A stretch of 59,881 nt of DNA, counting the filler. It is 5 parts of 5 records of this genome, joined end to end, with 100 filler letters (N's around TTAATTAATTAA, not from the genome) between each part and the next. Parts side by side here need not be neighbours in the genome. Positions count along the whole stretch, not along the records: positions 1 to 8,890 come from SRR20825006_671; positions 8,991 to 16,596 come from SRR20825006_673; 3 more parts are not named here. The stretch is one strand, 5' to 3'. This document shows positions 1 through 10,569 of the stretch, piece by piece (the stretch's first letter is position 1; each line of letters begins with the position of its first letter). The notes under the pieces are model-generated. The model was not told the origin of the DNA. It did not search any database and saw nothing but the letters and a program-made list of their open reading frames with translations. Both the position numbers and the translations under genes were made by a program.

Positions 1-6
1 TGGGGC

Positions 7-759
7 TTGGCGCTGACCAGCAGCGAAAATTTAATACAGGCCTTTGAAGTGGCTCATGAGTTTATCGAGCTCACCCACAGTTTCGCGGGCCTGGAGCTGA
101 AGCTTGATGGCGACATTGCCACGGTTGAGGTGCATGCGGATTACCCGGCCGGTCCGGTGAGAAACTTCGTTATTGAGCGTGATTTAGTGATCACTTTGAT
201 TATTGCCGCGGAAGCGGCAGGTCGACGATTGCCGGTCATTGATGTGGAGATCAGTTTGCCGAGGCCAGACTACGCCGCGGAATTGGAGCGAATGGCCGGC
301 GTGCAGATTCAGTGGGCGGCGGAGCATACTCGCGCCCACATTCATCGCGAGGAATTACTGAAACCCCTGCCTCAGGCAAACCCGATTACCTGGTCCGCCT
401 GTGTGCGCCAATGCCGGGACCTGATTGCTCAGCAGCATGGTGAGCGGCCCTTCGAGATTCGCTTGCGTCAATTGATTGCCGAGAGCCATTTTGCGGGGAT
501 CAAAGTGGTGTGCCGCCGTTTGGGTGTTTCCGAGCGCACATTGCGGCGCCAACTGCGCGATGAGGGCCACAGTTTTCGCCAGCTTCAAGAAGATGTGCGC
601 CGGGAGCTGGCCGAACAATGCTTAGCCGATCCTGCACTCAGCCTGGAAGCCATTGCTGAGCGCCTTGGTTACAGTGAAACGGCGAATTTCTGCCACGCCT
701 TTCGTCGCTGGACCGGGCGTAGCCCGGGCGCCTACCGACGGGGGCTGCAGCCTTACTGA
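7..759 (+). CDS. AraC-family transcriptional regulator (arabinose-binding-like N domain plus C-terminal double HTH), probably 5'-truncated by the window edge
   Basis: C-terminal SERTLRRQL...SLEAIAERLGYSETANFCHAFRRWTGRSPGAYR is the AraC HTH signature. Confidence 0.9.
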   Translation: MALTSSENLIQAFEVAHEFIELTHSFAGLELKLDGDIATVEVHADYPAGPVRNFVIERDLVITLIIAAEAAGRRLPVIDVEISLPRPDYAAELERMAGVQIQWAAEHTRAHIHREELLKPLPQANPITWSACVRQCRDLIAQQHGERPFEIRLRQLIAESHFAGIKVVCRRLGVSERTLRRQLRDEGHSFRQLQEDVRRELAEQCLADPALSLEAIAERLGYSETANFCHAFRRWTGRSPGAYRRGLQPY

Positions 760-1098
760 CTACTTGGCGGTGAGCGCTTCGCCCTCAAAGGCGATGCCGG
801 TCCAGCCGCTGCGCATAAAATTGCGGATATTGGCGTGATCATCGCCGTCGGGGTGCTGAAGTACATCGATGCGATAATAGTCGCCGAAAGCCTGAAGTGT
901 GGCCTGCTCGCTCAGCCCTTCGCGCAGGGCAAAGGCAAAAATTTTGCAGGAACCATTATTGCTGTTGGCGGCATTGTGCGTATCGCCGTTGCGAAAAGCC
1001 GTGGGCGTAAAGTCGAAGTTCGTGTCGATATACTCGATAACATCAGTAAATTGGGCGCTGCCGGCCTCCAGGGCCGCGAGCAAAGTGTCTTTGTTCAT
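760..1098 (-). CDS. HopJ type III effector-family protein
   Basis: 112 aa; FTPTAFRNG, NNGSCKIFAFA, FGDYYR, HANIRNF..GW motifs of the HopJ family. Confidence 0.8.
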   Translation of the reverse strand: MNKDTLLAALEAGSAQFTDVIEYIDTNFDFTPTAFRNGDTHNAANSNNGSCKIFAFALREGLSEQATLQAFGDYYRIDVLQHPDGDDHANIRNFMRSGWTGIAFEGEALTAK

Positions 1099-1207
1099 GG
1101 GGGTTCCGAAATATGGCTAAACGGGGGCGGGAAGTATAGCGGGCCTGCCTCGATGAGTCAGTGCAAGGCAGGCCCGGGTCGACGTAGGACTACAGCATGA
1201 CACAGGG

Positions 1208-2857
1208 CTACAGCATTTTGCGCGCCAGTTCCTGCATCAAGGCTTCCATTGCCGCTTCGCGGTCGCCGAGCAGGTCTTTGTAACTGGCCAACAATTCGCG
1301 CTTTTCTTGCAGTTGGTTGAGCTCGCTGCCGTATTTGTTTTGAATATCAGACTTTAGCGAGGCCTCCAGCTCTTTCAGTTGGCCCTTCAACTCTTCGCCC
1401 AGAACGTCACCCAAAATGCTGTCAAGGTTGGACTTGAGCTTAACGATGGGGTCGTCGACGCTGCCATTCACGCGCATGTCCATCACCAGCTTGCTGACAC
1501 CCTCCAGCGCGCGAGCCAGGCGTTGCGCGGTTGGGTTTTCGCCGCCCGCACTGGCCACGAGAATTTTAGCTTGGTTGACCAGGCCTTTTACCGAGCCACT
1601 AAGATCGTCGCCATTGAGAGAGAAGTTCGCGGCAATATCGGCCAACCCCTGCTCGAGCTGGAGCGGCAGCTGCGGGCTTTGTGAGAGCGCGATACCTGAC
1701 AGCAGTAACTGCTTGAGGGTCATGCTTACGTTGGCGCTCATGGCATCATTTTGCTGCTTAAACAGACCGTCGATGAGCAATTGCGCCTGCTCCTCAACAC
1801 CGCCTTGCAGTTTCATGGCAATGGGCTTTTCAAGCTTGTCGGTTATGTCTTCAATTTTTCCGTTGTAAGCCAGCTTTTGCTCGCCAACCATTTGGTAACC
1901 GTCGATCAGCACTTCGCGAATCAGTATGCTGACGGGCAGTTCGTTGCTGCCGGCGGGTTCGCTGGGCGCAGAGGATTCCTTAGCGGCGAGCTCTCCCATC
2001 GTTTGCTTATAAAGCGTTAGGCCGCGCTGCACGAACTTTGTCGCATCGTCACCCAGCAGGAAGCGCAACATGCCGTCGGTGCCTTGGTCTACGCCATACT
2101 TGCTCATAATGCGCTGCGACTGTGCAGCGGGCAGCCGGGCTGCGCGTGAACTTAAGGCTTTGGCGGTATCCACGTCGGCGGAAATTTCCTTATTCAGCCC
2201 TTTGAATTGTTTGAGCTCGTCTTTGATGTCATCGCGCAGCTGTTTGGCACCGGCAATGCGCTCAAAGGTGTTCTTCTCTTTCAGTGCCTCCCAGCGCGCT
2301 TTAAATTCGTCGAGGCGCTCCTGTTGAGGAAGCGTCTTTGATTTCTCTTGCCACTTTTCCTCCAGGGTTTTGAAGCCGTTTTCGATCTCCTCCACCTCTG
2401 CCTGAATAATCGCCTGCTCTTCGGCCATAATGGCATTGGCGTCGGGCAGCTCAATGCTGGGCAATCCGCCTTCTTCTTTGGGCTTGGCGGGCGGCATGCT
2501 GCCGTCGAGGGTACCCGGCGTGCTGCGTTCGGTGGCCATCTGCAACCCGGACAATAAGACCTGATCGGCGATAAACTGACGCTTGATCAGCGCCGTGCTG
2601 TCGACGTCGGCCGACACCTTCTCGCTTTCCAGCAGGTTGCTCATCGGTTCATTGGGGTTGGCGACGGTCAATCCGTACAGGGCGACATGGGTCGGATAGA
2701 GCTGGATATCAACGTCGTCGACATTGACTTTGGCGCCGACGGCTTTGCTGCCTTCGCTCTCTATCGCCCACTTGGCGATAGGTTCCAGTGCAAAGGCCAC
2801 TGTGGCGACGATAATAACGACCAATAGTAATAGGCCGCGCAGTATCCATTTCATCAT
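1208..2857 (-). CDS. TIGR03545-like / AsmA-like membrane-anchored envelope protein
   Basis: N-terminal TM helix, AsmA-like VGAKVNVDDVDI..LTVANP segment, central and C-terminal coiled coils; GGAG RBS upstream. Confidence 0.65.
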   Translation of the reverse strand: MMKWILRGLLLLVVIIVATVAFALEPIAKWAIESEGSKAVGAKVNVDDVDIQLYPTHVALYGLTVANPNEPMSNLLESEKVSADVDSTALIKRQFIADQVLLSGLQMATERSTPGTLDGSMPPAKPKEEGGLPSIELPDANAIMAEEQAIIQAEVEEIENGFKTLEEKWQEKSKTLPQQERLDEFKARWEALKEKNTFERIAGAKQLRDDIKDELKQFKGLNKEISADVDTAKALSSRAARLPAAQSQRIMSKYGVDQGTDGMLRFLLGDDATKFVQRGLTLYKQTMGELAAKESSAPSEPAGSNELPVSILIREVLIDGYQMVGEQKLAYNGKIEDITDKLEKPIAMKLQGGVEEQAQLLIDGLFKQQNDAMSANVSMTLKQLLLSGIALSQSPQLPLQLEQGLADIAANFSLNGDDLSGSVKGLVNQAKILVASAGGENPTAQRLARALEGVSKLVMDMRVNGSVDDPIVKLKSNLDSILGDVLGEELKGQLKELEASLKSDIQNKYGSELNQLQEKRELLASYKDLLGDREAAMEALMQELARKML

Positions 2858-3019
2858 GCGCTTACACTCCTTATTGTGGTGCGGGCAGGTGTTTACCCAG
2901 TAGTGGTGACAGCATAGCGATTCCCTTGTGACCTCGAAACCGCCATTTTGCTCAATTGTGACGCGGAGATAGCCGCCGGTTCGCGGGCGTGGCGGTCAGC
3001 CAATGTGGCGGGGGGCTGC

Positions 3020-3619
3020 TTAGCTGCCGCCGAATTCGGTGGGCAGGCGCTTCACCAGTTGAGAAACGGCGAGGCCGCGGTGACTGAGGCGGTTTTTTTG
3101 CTCTGGGGGCAACTCCGCCGCGCACTTGTTTAGCGCGGGGATAAAAAAATGGGGGTCGTAGCCAAAGCCGTTGTCGCCTCGTGGTGTATCCACAACCTCA
3201 CCCAGCCAGCGGCCCTCGCAAATGATCGGGGCGGGGTCTTCCGGGTGGCGAACAAATACCAGCGCGCAGTGGAAGTGGGCTTTGCGTTGGCGGATGTCAG
3301 CCAGATCGCGCAGCAGCTTGGCATTGTTGTCGGCGTCTTTCGCGCCGGCACCGGCATAGCGGGCCGAATAGATGCCGGGTGCGCCGCCCAGCGCGTCGAC
3401 ACACAGCCCGGAGTCATCTGCCAGTGCTGGCAGGCCGGTTTGCAGGGCGGCATTGCGCGCTTTAATCAGGGCATTCTCAACAAAGCTCAGGCCGTTTTCC
3501 TCAGCCTCTTCAACCTGCAGGTCGCGCTGACTGATCAGTGAAAAACGCTCACCCAAAAGCTGGCTGAATTCGGCGAGTTTGCCAGCGTTGCCTGTGGCGA
3601 CGACAATTTTTAAGGTCAT
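3020..3619 (-). CDS. rdgB: RdgB/HAM1 non-canonical purine NTP pyrophosphatase
   Basis: ATGNAGKL, ADDSGL, GAPGIYSARY, GFGYDP, KNRLSHRG motifs. Confidence 0.95.
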   Translation of the reverse strand: MTLKIVVATGNAGKLAEFSQLLGERFSLISQRDLQVEEAEENGLSFVENALIKARNAALQTGLPALADDSGLCVDALGGAPGIYSARYAGAGAKDADNNAKLLRDLADIRQRKAHFHCALVFVRHPEDPAPIICEGRWLGEVVDTPRGDNGFGYDPHFFIPALNKCAAELPPEQKNRLSHRGLAVSQLVKRLPTEFGGS

Positions 3620-3622
3620 ACC

Positions 3623-4099
3623 TTAATTCTCTATATGCAGGGTTTTATTGAACTGAATATCGTAGGGCTGGGGGCGAGTGGCGGTGTTCACGCGCAGGCG
3701 GAAATCGCGGGTTTCCTGTTTGCCATCAATGGACAGTTCGGCGATGTAATAAATAGCATCCTGCTCGATGACTTCTCTAAAGTTCAGCGGCGTTCGGTGT
3801 ATCAGGTCTGAGCTGCTGCCACTGACTGTGGCCCGGATAGGCTCGCTTGTGCCATCGCTGGCATGTCGAACCGATACATTGACGAGGAATTTGTCCTTGC
3901 CGCGCGTAATGCCATAGCTTCGGGCAACCTCAGGGGTGAGAAAACCCGTGTTGAGAACATTGAAGTAAACGGTGTCAGCGCCGAAGGTTTGCGACGTGGG
4001 AGGCGACACCGGCGCGGCGGGGTCTTGGGCGAGGCTGGGCCATGCACACAGGCCTACAATCATCAGCATTACGAGTTGGCGGGCTGCGCTCATGTTCAT
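3623..4099 (-). CDS. DUF4426 exported protein
   Basis: Signal peptide; FLTPEVARSYGITR and AIYYIA motifs; usual position between metW and rdgB. Confidence 0.8.
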   Translation of the reverse strand: MNMSAARQLVMLMIVGLCAWPSLAQDPAAPVSPPTSQTFGADTVYFNVLNTGFLTPEVARSYGITRGKDKFLVNVSVRHASDGTSEPIRATVSGSSSDLIHRTPLNFREVIEQDAIYYIAELSIDGKQETRDFRLRVNTATRPQPYDIQFNKTLHIEN

Positions 4100-4120
4100 T
4101 TCCTTGCCGTTTGCAGTGGT

Positions 4121-4714
4121 TTATTTACTAATATGGTAGACCGCCGTCACCCCGAGCACATTGGGAAAGCGCTGGGCGAGGGCCCCTTGCGTGTTGTCTC
4201 CGCTGACTACGCTGCTGTTGAGAATGCGGATGAATTTTTCTTCGCACAGGGCTTCAAAGTCGCGCACGGTACAAAAGTGGATATTGGGCGTGTCGTACCA
4301 CGTGTAGGGTAAAAACTTACTCACCGGCATTCGTCCGCGGCCCGTGAGGTGCCAACGGCTGCGCCAGTGGCCAAAGTTCGGGAAAGTGACGATACACTCT
4401 CGGCCGACCCGCAGCATTTCGTCGATAACGAGATGCGGATAGCGCAGCGTTTGCAGGGCCAGGGTCATCACCACGACATCGAAGCTGTCGTCGCGAAAAT
4501 TCCCCAGGCCAGTGTTGAGGTCGTGCTCGATAACATCCACGCCCTTGCTCAGCGCTTCGGTAATATTATCGGGGTCGATTTCCAGGCCCAAGCCGGAAAC
4601 TTGCTTCTCTTCAGCCAGGGTTTTGAGTAGTGTGCCGTCGCCGCAGCCCAGGTCGAGAACCCGGGCGCCGGGCTTGATCCAGGGCTGGATCAGGGTCAGG
4701 TCAAAGCGCATCAC
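4121..4714 (-). CDS. metW: Methionine biosynthesis protein MetW
   Basis: [12 protein letters not shown] motif, [15 protein letters not shown]; overlaps the metX stop. Confidence 0.95.
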   Translation of the reverse strand: MMRFDLTLIQPWIKPGARVLDLGCGDGTLLKTLAEEKQVSGLGLEIDPDNITEALSKGVDVIEHDLNTGLGNFRDDSFDVVVMTLALQTLRYPHLVIDEMLRVGRECIVTFPNFGHWRSRWHLTGRGRMPVSKFLPYTWYDTPNIHFCTVRDFEALCEEKFIRILNSSVVSGDNTQGALAQRFPNVLGVTAVYHISK

Positions 4715-5862
4715 AGGCCCTCCGCTACACGTTTCATGTAGGCGTTGAATACCGCCATATAGCGCGGGATGGGAATCAAAAACGCATCGTGTCCGTGATT
4801 CGCCTCAATTTCTGCATAGCTAACGGATTTGCCCGCCGCGACTAAGGCATCGACGATTTCTCGCGACCGGTCCGGGGCAAAGCGCCAATCCGAGGTAAAT
4901 GACATCACCATAAATCGGCACTTGGCGTGGCTGAATGCCGCGACTGGATCGTCGTCGTACTCGCGGGCCAAGTCGTAGTAGTCCAGAGCCTTCGTCATCA
5001 ATAAATAGGTGTTGGCGTCGAAGCTTTCGGCAAAGCGCGAACCCTGATGGCGCAGGTAGCTTTCTACCTGAAACTCCACGGGCCCTTGGGAGCCGAGTTT
5101 CAGGTCTCCGGCCTTGAGGTCGCGGCCGAATTTTTCCTTCATGCCGTCGTCGGACAAATAGGTAACGTGACCGATCATCCTGGCCAGTGCCAGGCCCTGG
5201 CGGGGCAGCGTGTCGTGCTCTAGATAGCGGCCCTGGTGAAAGTTGGGATCGGAACAAATGGCATTGCGAGCGATCTCGTTGAAGGCGATATTCTGCGCCG
5301 ACAGCTTCATTGCCGAGGCGATCACGACGCAGTGGCGCATGGCATCGGGGTACTCCAGTGCCCAGCGCATCGCCTGCATACCGCCGAGACTGCCACCGAT
5401 AATGGCGGCCCATTGCTCAATGCCAAAGTGCGCCATCATCAGGCGTTGGCTCTCCACCCAGTCGCGACAGCGTAACGGCGGGAAGTCCGGCCCCCAGGGC
5501 TTTCCGGTTTCCGGGTTGATGGAGGTGGGTCCGGTGGAGCCGTGGCAGCCGCCGATATTGTTAATGCTGAGCACGAAGAACACATTGGTGTCGATCGGCT
5601 TTCCAGGCCCAATGCAGCTGTCCCACCAGCCGGGCTTGCGCTCATCAGGGTGGTGTCGCCCCGCGGCGTGATGATGGCCGCTGAGTGCGTGGCAGATCAG
5701 AATGGCATTGCTGCGCGCGGCATTTAGCTCGCCGTAGGTTTCAAAAACGATATCGTGTTCGGGCAGGCTGCGACCACAGGAGAGCGCCAGTGGCTGATCA
5801 AAATGCAGGGTCTGTGGCGTGACGATGCCGACGCTGTCTTGTTGCTCTGGCTGGTGTGTCAC
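4711..5862 (-). CDS. metX: Homoserine O-acyltransferase MetX
   Basis: [23 protein letters not shown] nucleophile elbow, HGHDAFL. Confidence 0.95.
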   Translation of the reverse strand: MTHQPEQQDSVGIVTPQTLHFDQPLALSCGRSLPEHDIVFETYGELNAARSNAILICHALSGHHHAAGRHHPDERKPGWWDSCIGPGKPIDTNVFFVLSINNIGGCHGSTGPTSINPETGKPWGPDFPPLRCRDWVESQRLMMAHFGIEQWAAIIGGSLGGMQAMRWALEYPDAMRHCVVIASAMKLSAQNIAFNEIARNAICSDPNFHQGRYLEHDTLPRQGLALARMIGHVTYLSDDGMKEKFGRDLKAGDLKLGSQGPVEFQVESYLRHQGSRFAESFDANTYLLMTKALDYYDLAREYDDDPVAAFSHAKCRFMVMSFTSDWRFAPDRSREIVDALVAAGKSVSYAEIEANHGHDAFLIPIPRYMAVFNAYMKRVAEGL

Positions 5863-5871
5863 CTTCCTGAA

Positions 5872-6174
5872 TTACCCCTTGTTAACGGCGGTGATGTGCA
5901 AATTTTCCGGCAGCTTGCCGGGTGTTTGAATTCTAAGGGTTTTTTGTCGACTTTGCGCGCCTGACGACAGGCTGACCTGGGCTTTTTTTACCCCGAATTG
6001 GGCTGCGAGAAAGGCGCAAAGTGCCCGATTGGCTTTGCCGTCTACCGCCGCTGCCCGCAATCGCACCTTCAGGCGCTCGCCATGATGCCCGGCAAACTCT
6101 TCGCGACTGGCCCCCGGCTGCACGTGGCAGCGCAATATCAGCATATCGTCCTGCCAGGAATAAAAGTCTGCCAC
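5872..6174 (-). CDS. yggU: DUF167/YggU family protein
   Basis: VQPGASR, DGKANRAL..FLA..FGV, SGAQSRQK; synteny with yggT. Confidence 0.88.
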   Translation of the reverse strand: MADFYSWQDDMLILRCHVQPGASREEFAGHHGERLKVRLRAAAVDGKANRALCAFLAAQFGVKKAQVSLSSGAQSRQKTLRIQTPGKLPENLHITAVNKG

Positions 6175-6181
6175 TGGGCTG

Positions 6182-6769
6182 CTACAAACCCATTACCAGT
6201 GCGGGGTGAAGGCCGACAGACGCCCCCATGTGGCGGAGCAGAACTTCCAAAACATTAATACTCAGAAACACCAGTATTGGCGAAAGGTCGAGTCCGCCGA
6301 GTGGTGGTATTAACTTGCGAAACGGCGCCATAACCGGCTCGGTGATTTGGTAGAGCAATTGCGCGCCGGGGTTATAGCTACCCTGAGCCACCCAGCTAAG
6401 GATAATGCTGCCGATGATGGCGAAGAAATACAGGTTAAGAACCATCGCGCACAGGCCAATGACTGACCAGAGCAGAATTTGCGCAGGGTTTGGGAATACG
6501 CCGAACAGAATTTTGCACAGCAGCGTAATGCCTATTGCCTGCACCGCAAAGGCGAGTAGCAACGATGCGCTGTCGATGCGGCCCAGCGGCGGCAGTAAAC
6601 GGCGCAGGGGCAGCACTAGCGGGTTGCTGAGTTTCACAATGGCCTGACAGATCGGGTTGTAAAAGTCGGCCCGCACCAGCTGCAAAATTAACCGCAGCAT
6701 AAAGACCAGCAGGGTCAGGCTGATAAGCGTGTTAAGCAGTAAATAGGAAATATCATTGAATGCTGACAT
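6182..6769 (-). CDS. yggT: YggT family membrane protein
   Basis: ADFYNP and PPLGGLDLSP repeats. Confidence 0.92.
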   Translation of the reverse strand: MSAFNDISYLLLNTLISLTLLVFMLRLILQLVRADFYNPICQAIVKLSNPLVLPLRRLLPPLGRIDSASLLLAFAVQAIGITLLCKILFGVFPNPAQILLWSVIGLCAMVLNLYFFAIIGSIILSWVAQGSYNPGAQLLYQITEPVMAPFRKLIPPLGGLDLSPILVFLSINVLEVLLRHMGASVGLHPALVMGL

Positions 6770-6777
6770 GGCTGGTT

Positions 6778-7605
6778 TTATTCCCCTTCGAGCTCTCGGC
6801 CCAGTTCTTCGGCCCGCAAGGCCGCACCGCTGAGTGCGGCGTCGACGAGTTGGCGAAAGCCGCCGTCTTCAAAAATAGTGATCGCGCGCTCAGTCGTGCC
6901 CTTTGGTGAGGTGACGCGGCGGCGTAGCTCGGCGACATCCACATCGCCCTCCAGTGCCATTCTGGCGGCACCAAGGGCCGTTTGCTGGCTGAGCTTGGCG
7001 GCTAGCTCGCTGCTTAGTCCCAGCTTTTCACCGGTGGCTTGCATCGCTTCCATCAACAGGAAGAAGTAGGCCGGGCCACTACCAGACACCGCGGTAACGG
7101 CGTCCAGATCCGCTTCGCTGTCTACCCAGAGCGCCAGGCCCGTGGCCTGCATAATTTTTTCTGCCAACTGGCGCTGTTGCTCGGAGACGGCATCATTGGC
7201 ATAGAGCCCTGTTGCGCCGCAGCGAAGTAGAGCGGGGGTGTTGGGCATGCAGCGCACGATTGCTAAATCGCCGCCAAGCCAACGGTTTAGGCTTTCGCTG
7301 GTGATGCCTGCTGCAATACTGATGACCATCGGGCGATGTTGCTGCACCAGTTTGCTGATTTCGCTGGCAACGGTTTTCATAAGTTGCGGTTTGACCGCCA
7401 TAACGATCACATCACAACCGGGAATGATCGCGTGGTTGTCTTGGCTGGTTTGAATATTGCCCAGCGCTGACAGCTTGGACAGACTGTCGGCGTTGGGGTC
7501 GCCCGCGCGAATATTCTCAGCGTCGATGCCACTGGCGAGCAGTCCGCCGATAATGCTGGCAGCCATATTGCCGCCGCCAATGAATCCGATTGTTGCTGTG
7601 CTCAA
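6778..7605 (-). CDS. proC: Pyrroline-5-carboxylate reductase (TTG start)
   Basis: IGFIGGGNMA, AVKPQ, RCMPNTP, SGSGPAY, VTSPKGTT; GGAGG RBS before the TTG. Confidence 0.96.
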   Translation of the reverse strand: MSTATIGFIGGGNMAASIIGGLLASGIDAENIRAGDPNADSLSKLSALGNIQTSQDNHAIIPGCDVIVMAVKPQLMKTVASEISKLVQQHRPMVISIAAGITSESLNRWLGGDLAIVRCMPNTPALLRCGATGLYANDAVSEQQRQLAEKIMQATGLALWVDSEADLDAVTAVSGSGPAYFFLLMEAMQATGEKLGLSSELAAKLSQQTALGAARMALEGDVDVAELRRRVTSPKGTTERAITIFEDGGFRQLVDAALSGAALRAEELGRELEGE

Positions 7606-7799
7606 CGAGAACCTCCGGTGCTATCTTGCCGCGCTGGCAAGGCGAATAGGCCAGCGAGTATATCAGGCTGCAAATGGGGGCTGAAGTTAGGGGCTGTTTA
7701 CACTCACTAAATTATCGCTGCTGGCGCTGACTTTCAGCCCGGCTTACGTCCTTGACCCATTCCAAACAACGTCGGTTACGTGAAGAATGTGGGCGCGCC

Positions 7800-8510
7800 T
7801 TAATTCGTGGCGGGTGTTCGCGGGCCAAAGATGGCAGTGCCGACGCGCAGCAGGGTAGAGCCCTCGAGAATGGCGGCGTCAATATCACCGGACATCCCCA
7901 TCGACAGCGTGTCGAGGGTGAGCCCGGGTAGCGCTGATGCGATTTGATCGCGAAGTTGCCGAAGTTGCGCAAACGCTTGCCGCTGCTCGGCAAGGTCGGT
8001 GCTGGCGGCGGGGATGGCCATGAGGCCGCGGAGTGTAAGCCCCGGCAGTGCAGCGACGCCTCGGGCGAGATCCAGTGCGTCGCTGGGTAATACCCCCGAC
8101 TTTGTGGTTTCCTCGCTAATGTTGACCTGCAAGCAAATATTCAGTGGGGCTAGTGATGCTGGCCGCTGATCGCTGAGTCGACGGGCGATCTTGAGTCGGT
8201 CAACACTGTGCACCCAAGAGAAATGTTCGGCGATCTCGCGGGTTTTATTGGATTGTATCGGACCAATGAAGTGCCAGCAGATATCGAGGTGGCTCAGTGC
8301 TTGTTGTTTTTCCCTGGCCTCTTGTAGATAGTTTTCGCCGATATTATCCAGGCCGTTGGCCACCGCGTCGGCAACTTCGTCGGCATTGCGGGTTTTGCTT
8401 ACCGCTAGCAGGGTAATTTCTGCTGGATTGCGCCGTGCATCAGCGGCACATTGAGCAATGTGCGCTCGCAGGGATGCTATATTTGAAGACAGTGCCTGGG
8501 AGTGAGTCAT
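7800..8510 (-). CDS. yggS: YggS/PLP homeostasis protein (likely start at ATG 8510)
   Basis: LLAVSKT, GENYLQE, WHFIGPIQSNK, LSMGMSGD, RVGTAIFG. Confidence 0.95.
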   Translation of the reverse strand: MTHSQALSSNIASLRAHIAQCAADARRNPAEITLLAVSKTRNADEVADAVANGLDNIGENYLQEAREKQQALSHLDICWHFIGPIQSNKTREIAEHFSWVHSVDRLKIARRLSDQRPASLAPLNICLQVNISEETTKSGVLPSDALDLARGVAALPGLTLRGLMAIPAASTDLAEQRQAFAQLRQLRDQIASALPGLTLDTLSMGMSGDIDAAILEGSTLLRVGTAIFGPRTPATN

Positions 8511-8657
8511 CGCTATTTTTTGCTCCACGTCGCGTTGTGGTTGATAGGGTGCTGCCATAATAAAAGCATTGTGTTGGCGCGCTGCGGTAACGCATTATCC
8601 TACTACGCATAATAATAGAGAGCGGCAGCCTGCCCATTGCTGTAACTAAGGAGAATC

Positions 8658-8890
8658 ATGGATATTACAGAGTTGCTGGCGTTTAGCGCCAAGCAAAATG
8701 CCTCGGATTTACACTTGTCTGCCGGCCTGCCGCCGATGATTCGTGTCGATGGCGATGTGCGGCGCATCAATGTGCCGCCCATGGAGCACCGCGAAGTTCA
8801 CAGCTTGATTTACGAGATTATGAACGACCGCCAGCGGCGTGACTACGAAGAATTCCTCGAAACCGACTTCTCCTTTGAGGTGCCCGGTGT
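8658..8890 (+). CDS. pilT: Type IV pilus retraction ATPase PilT (partial, contig end)
   Basis: MDITELLAFSAKQNASDLHLSAGLPPMIRVDG is the PilT N-terminus; divergent from yggS as usual. Confidence 0.95.
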
Positions 8891-8990
8891 NNNNNNNNNN
8901 NNNNNNNNNNNNNNNNNNNNNNNNNNNNNNNNNNTTAATTAATTAANNNNNNNNNNNNNNNNNNNNNNNNNNNNNNNNNNNNNNNNNNNN
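8891..8990. other. Artificial contig linker
   Basis: 44 N + TTAATTAATTAA (stops in all six frames) + 44 N. Confidence 0.98.
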
Positions 8991-10085
8991 ATTTTCTGCT
9001 TCTATATTAAATGGAAGATGTTGTATTTCTTCTCCTTTATATTTATAAGCTGTACAAACTTTAAGATGATCAAAACCGCTAAGTACATCACCTTTCATCA
9101 TCATTAATTGTGTTACACCGTTTACTTGTACTGCATATTTAAGAGCTACAAGATCTAGCCATCCACATCGTCTTGGGCGTCCTGTTGTAGCTCCAAATTC
9201 ATTACCTACTTTAGCCATTGTTTTGCCATAGTCGTCAAATAATTCAGTTGGAAACGGGCCAGAGCCTACACGAGTAGTGTATGCTTTAAAAATTCCAAAT
9301 ACATCTTTAATCTTGTTTGGTGCAATACCTAAACCGGTGCAAGCTCCTGCGGCAGTTGTATTAGATGATGTTACGAAAGGATAGGTTCCAAAATCAATAT
9401 CTAATAAAGAGCCTTGAGCGCCTTCAGCTAATATAGATTTTCCTTCTTTTTGAGCTTGGAACAAATATTCTTCAGAATCAATAAACTGTAATGATTTTAA
9501 AACCTCTACAGCTTTAAAAAATTCTGTTTCTAGTTCAGCTAAATCATATTGAACATCTACATTATAGAAGTTAATCATAGCTTCATGCTTATCTGCTAAC
9601 TTTCTGTATTTATCTTTCCAGCCGTCTAATTCTAGATCTCCTATGCGTAAACCGTTTCTTCCAGTTTTATCCATATAGGTTGGACCAATTCCTTTAAGGG
9701 TAGACCCAATCTTTGCTTTTCCTTTTGAGGCTTCAGACGCAGCATCTAATAACCTATGTGTAGGCAGTATTATGTGAGCTTTTCTAGAAATTAAAAGTTT
9801 AGATTGTAAGTCTAAATTAAATTTTTCAAGATTGTCTAATTCTTTTTTAAATATTACAGGATCTATCACAACACCATTACCAACTAGGTTAATTGCTGTT
9901 TCATGAAAAATTCCTGAGGGTATGGTATGCAGTACATGTTTATGGCCATCAAACTCTAAGGTATGACCAGCATTTGGACCACCTTGAAAGCGAGCGATAA
10001 TATCATAATCTTTTGTAAGGACATCTACAATTTTTCCTTTTCCTTCATCGCCCCATTGTAGGCCGAGTAGCAAGTCTACTGCCAT
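8991..10085 (-). CDS. purA: Adenylosuccinate synthetase (3' partial)
   Basis: GLQWGDEGKGK, QGGPNAGHT, EGAQG, GATTGRPRRCGW. Confidence 0.97.
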
Positions 10086-10091
10086 AAGTAT

Positions 10092-10547
10092 TTATTTAGT
10101 TTGGTTTTTGGTTCCGTAAAAGTATAGTGAGTGTTTATCTATAGAAATATCAAATACTTCTTCGATAGTTTGTTTGATAGATTGAATTCTAGGATCACAA
10201 AATTCTATGACCTCACCAGTATCCGTAAGTATAACGTGATCGTGCTGTTTGTCAAAATATGATTTTTCATATTGTGCATGACCATTGCCAAATTGGTGTT
10301 TTCTTACTAAACCACAAGCCATTAAAAGCTCTATAGTATTGTAAAGTGTTGCACGGCTAACACGATATTTTTTATTTTTCATTTTAATGTAGAGTGACTC
10401 TATATCAAAATGTTCTTCACTATCGTAAATTTCTTGAAGAATGGCAAAACGCTCTGGTGTCTTACGATGACTGTTGTCTTCTAAGAACTTGGTAAAAACG
10501 TTTTTAACAACCGCTTGGTCGTTTTGGTGTGAGTTTGATATTTCCAT
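10092..10547 (-). CDS. fur: Fur-family transcriptional regulator
   Basis: [24 protein letters not shown]; Bacteroidetes -7 box TAAATTTG just upstream on the minus strand (~10558-10565). Confidence 0.9.
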   Translation of the reverse strand: MEISNSHQNDQAVVKNVFTKFLEDNSHRKTPERFAILQEIYDSEEHFDIESLYIKMKNKKYRVSRATLYNTIELLMACGLVRKHQFGNGHAQYEKSYFDKQHDHVILTDTGEVIEFCDPRIQSIKQTIEEVFDISIDKHSLYFYGTKNQTK

Positions 10548-10569
10548 AATAAGGACACAAATTTAGTCA

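Noticed and set aside
760-1098. HopJ as evidence for a type III secretion/virulence locus
   Set aside because: The family is common in environmental bacteria and no T3SS genes are nearby.
355-8637. Many overlapping alternative-frame ORFs in contig 1 (e.g. 835-1200, 1416-1868, 3863-4312, 4820-5413, 7712-7993)
   Set aside because: Shadow ORFs of well-supported genes in GC-rich DNA, with no recognisable motifs.
8891-8990. TTAATTAATTAA palindrome recurring four times, with a sharp GC shift at the first copy
   Set aside because: Always embedded in identical N runs. It is a synthetic six-frame-stop linker, not an att site or HGT boundary.
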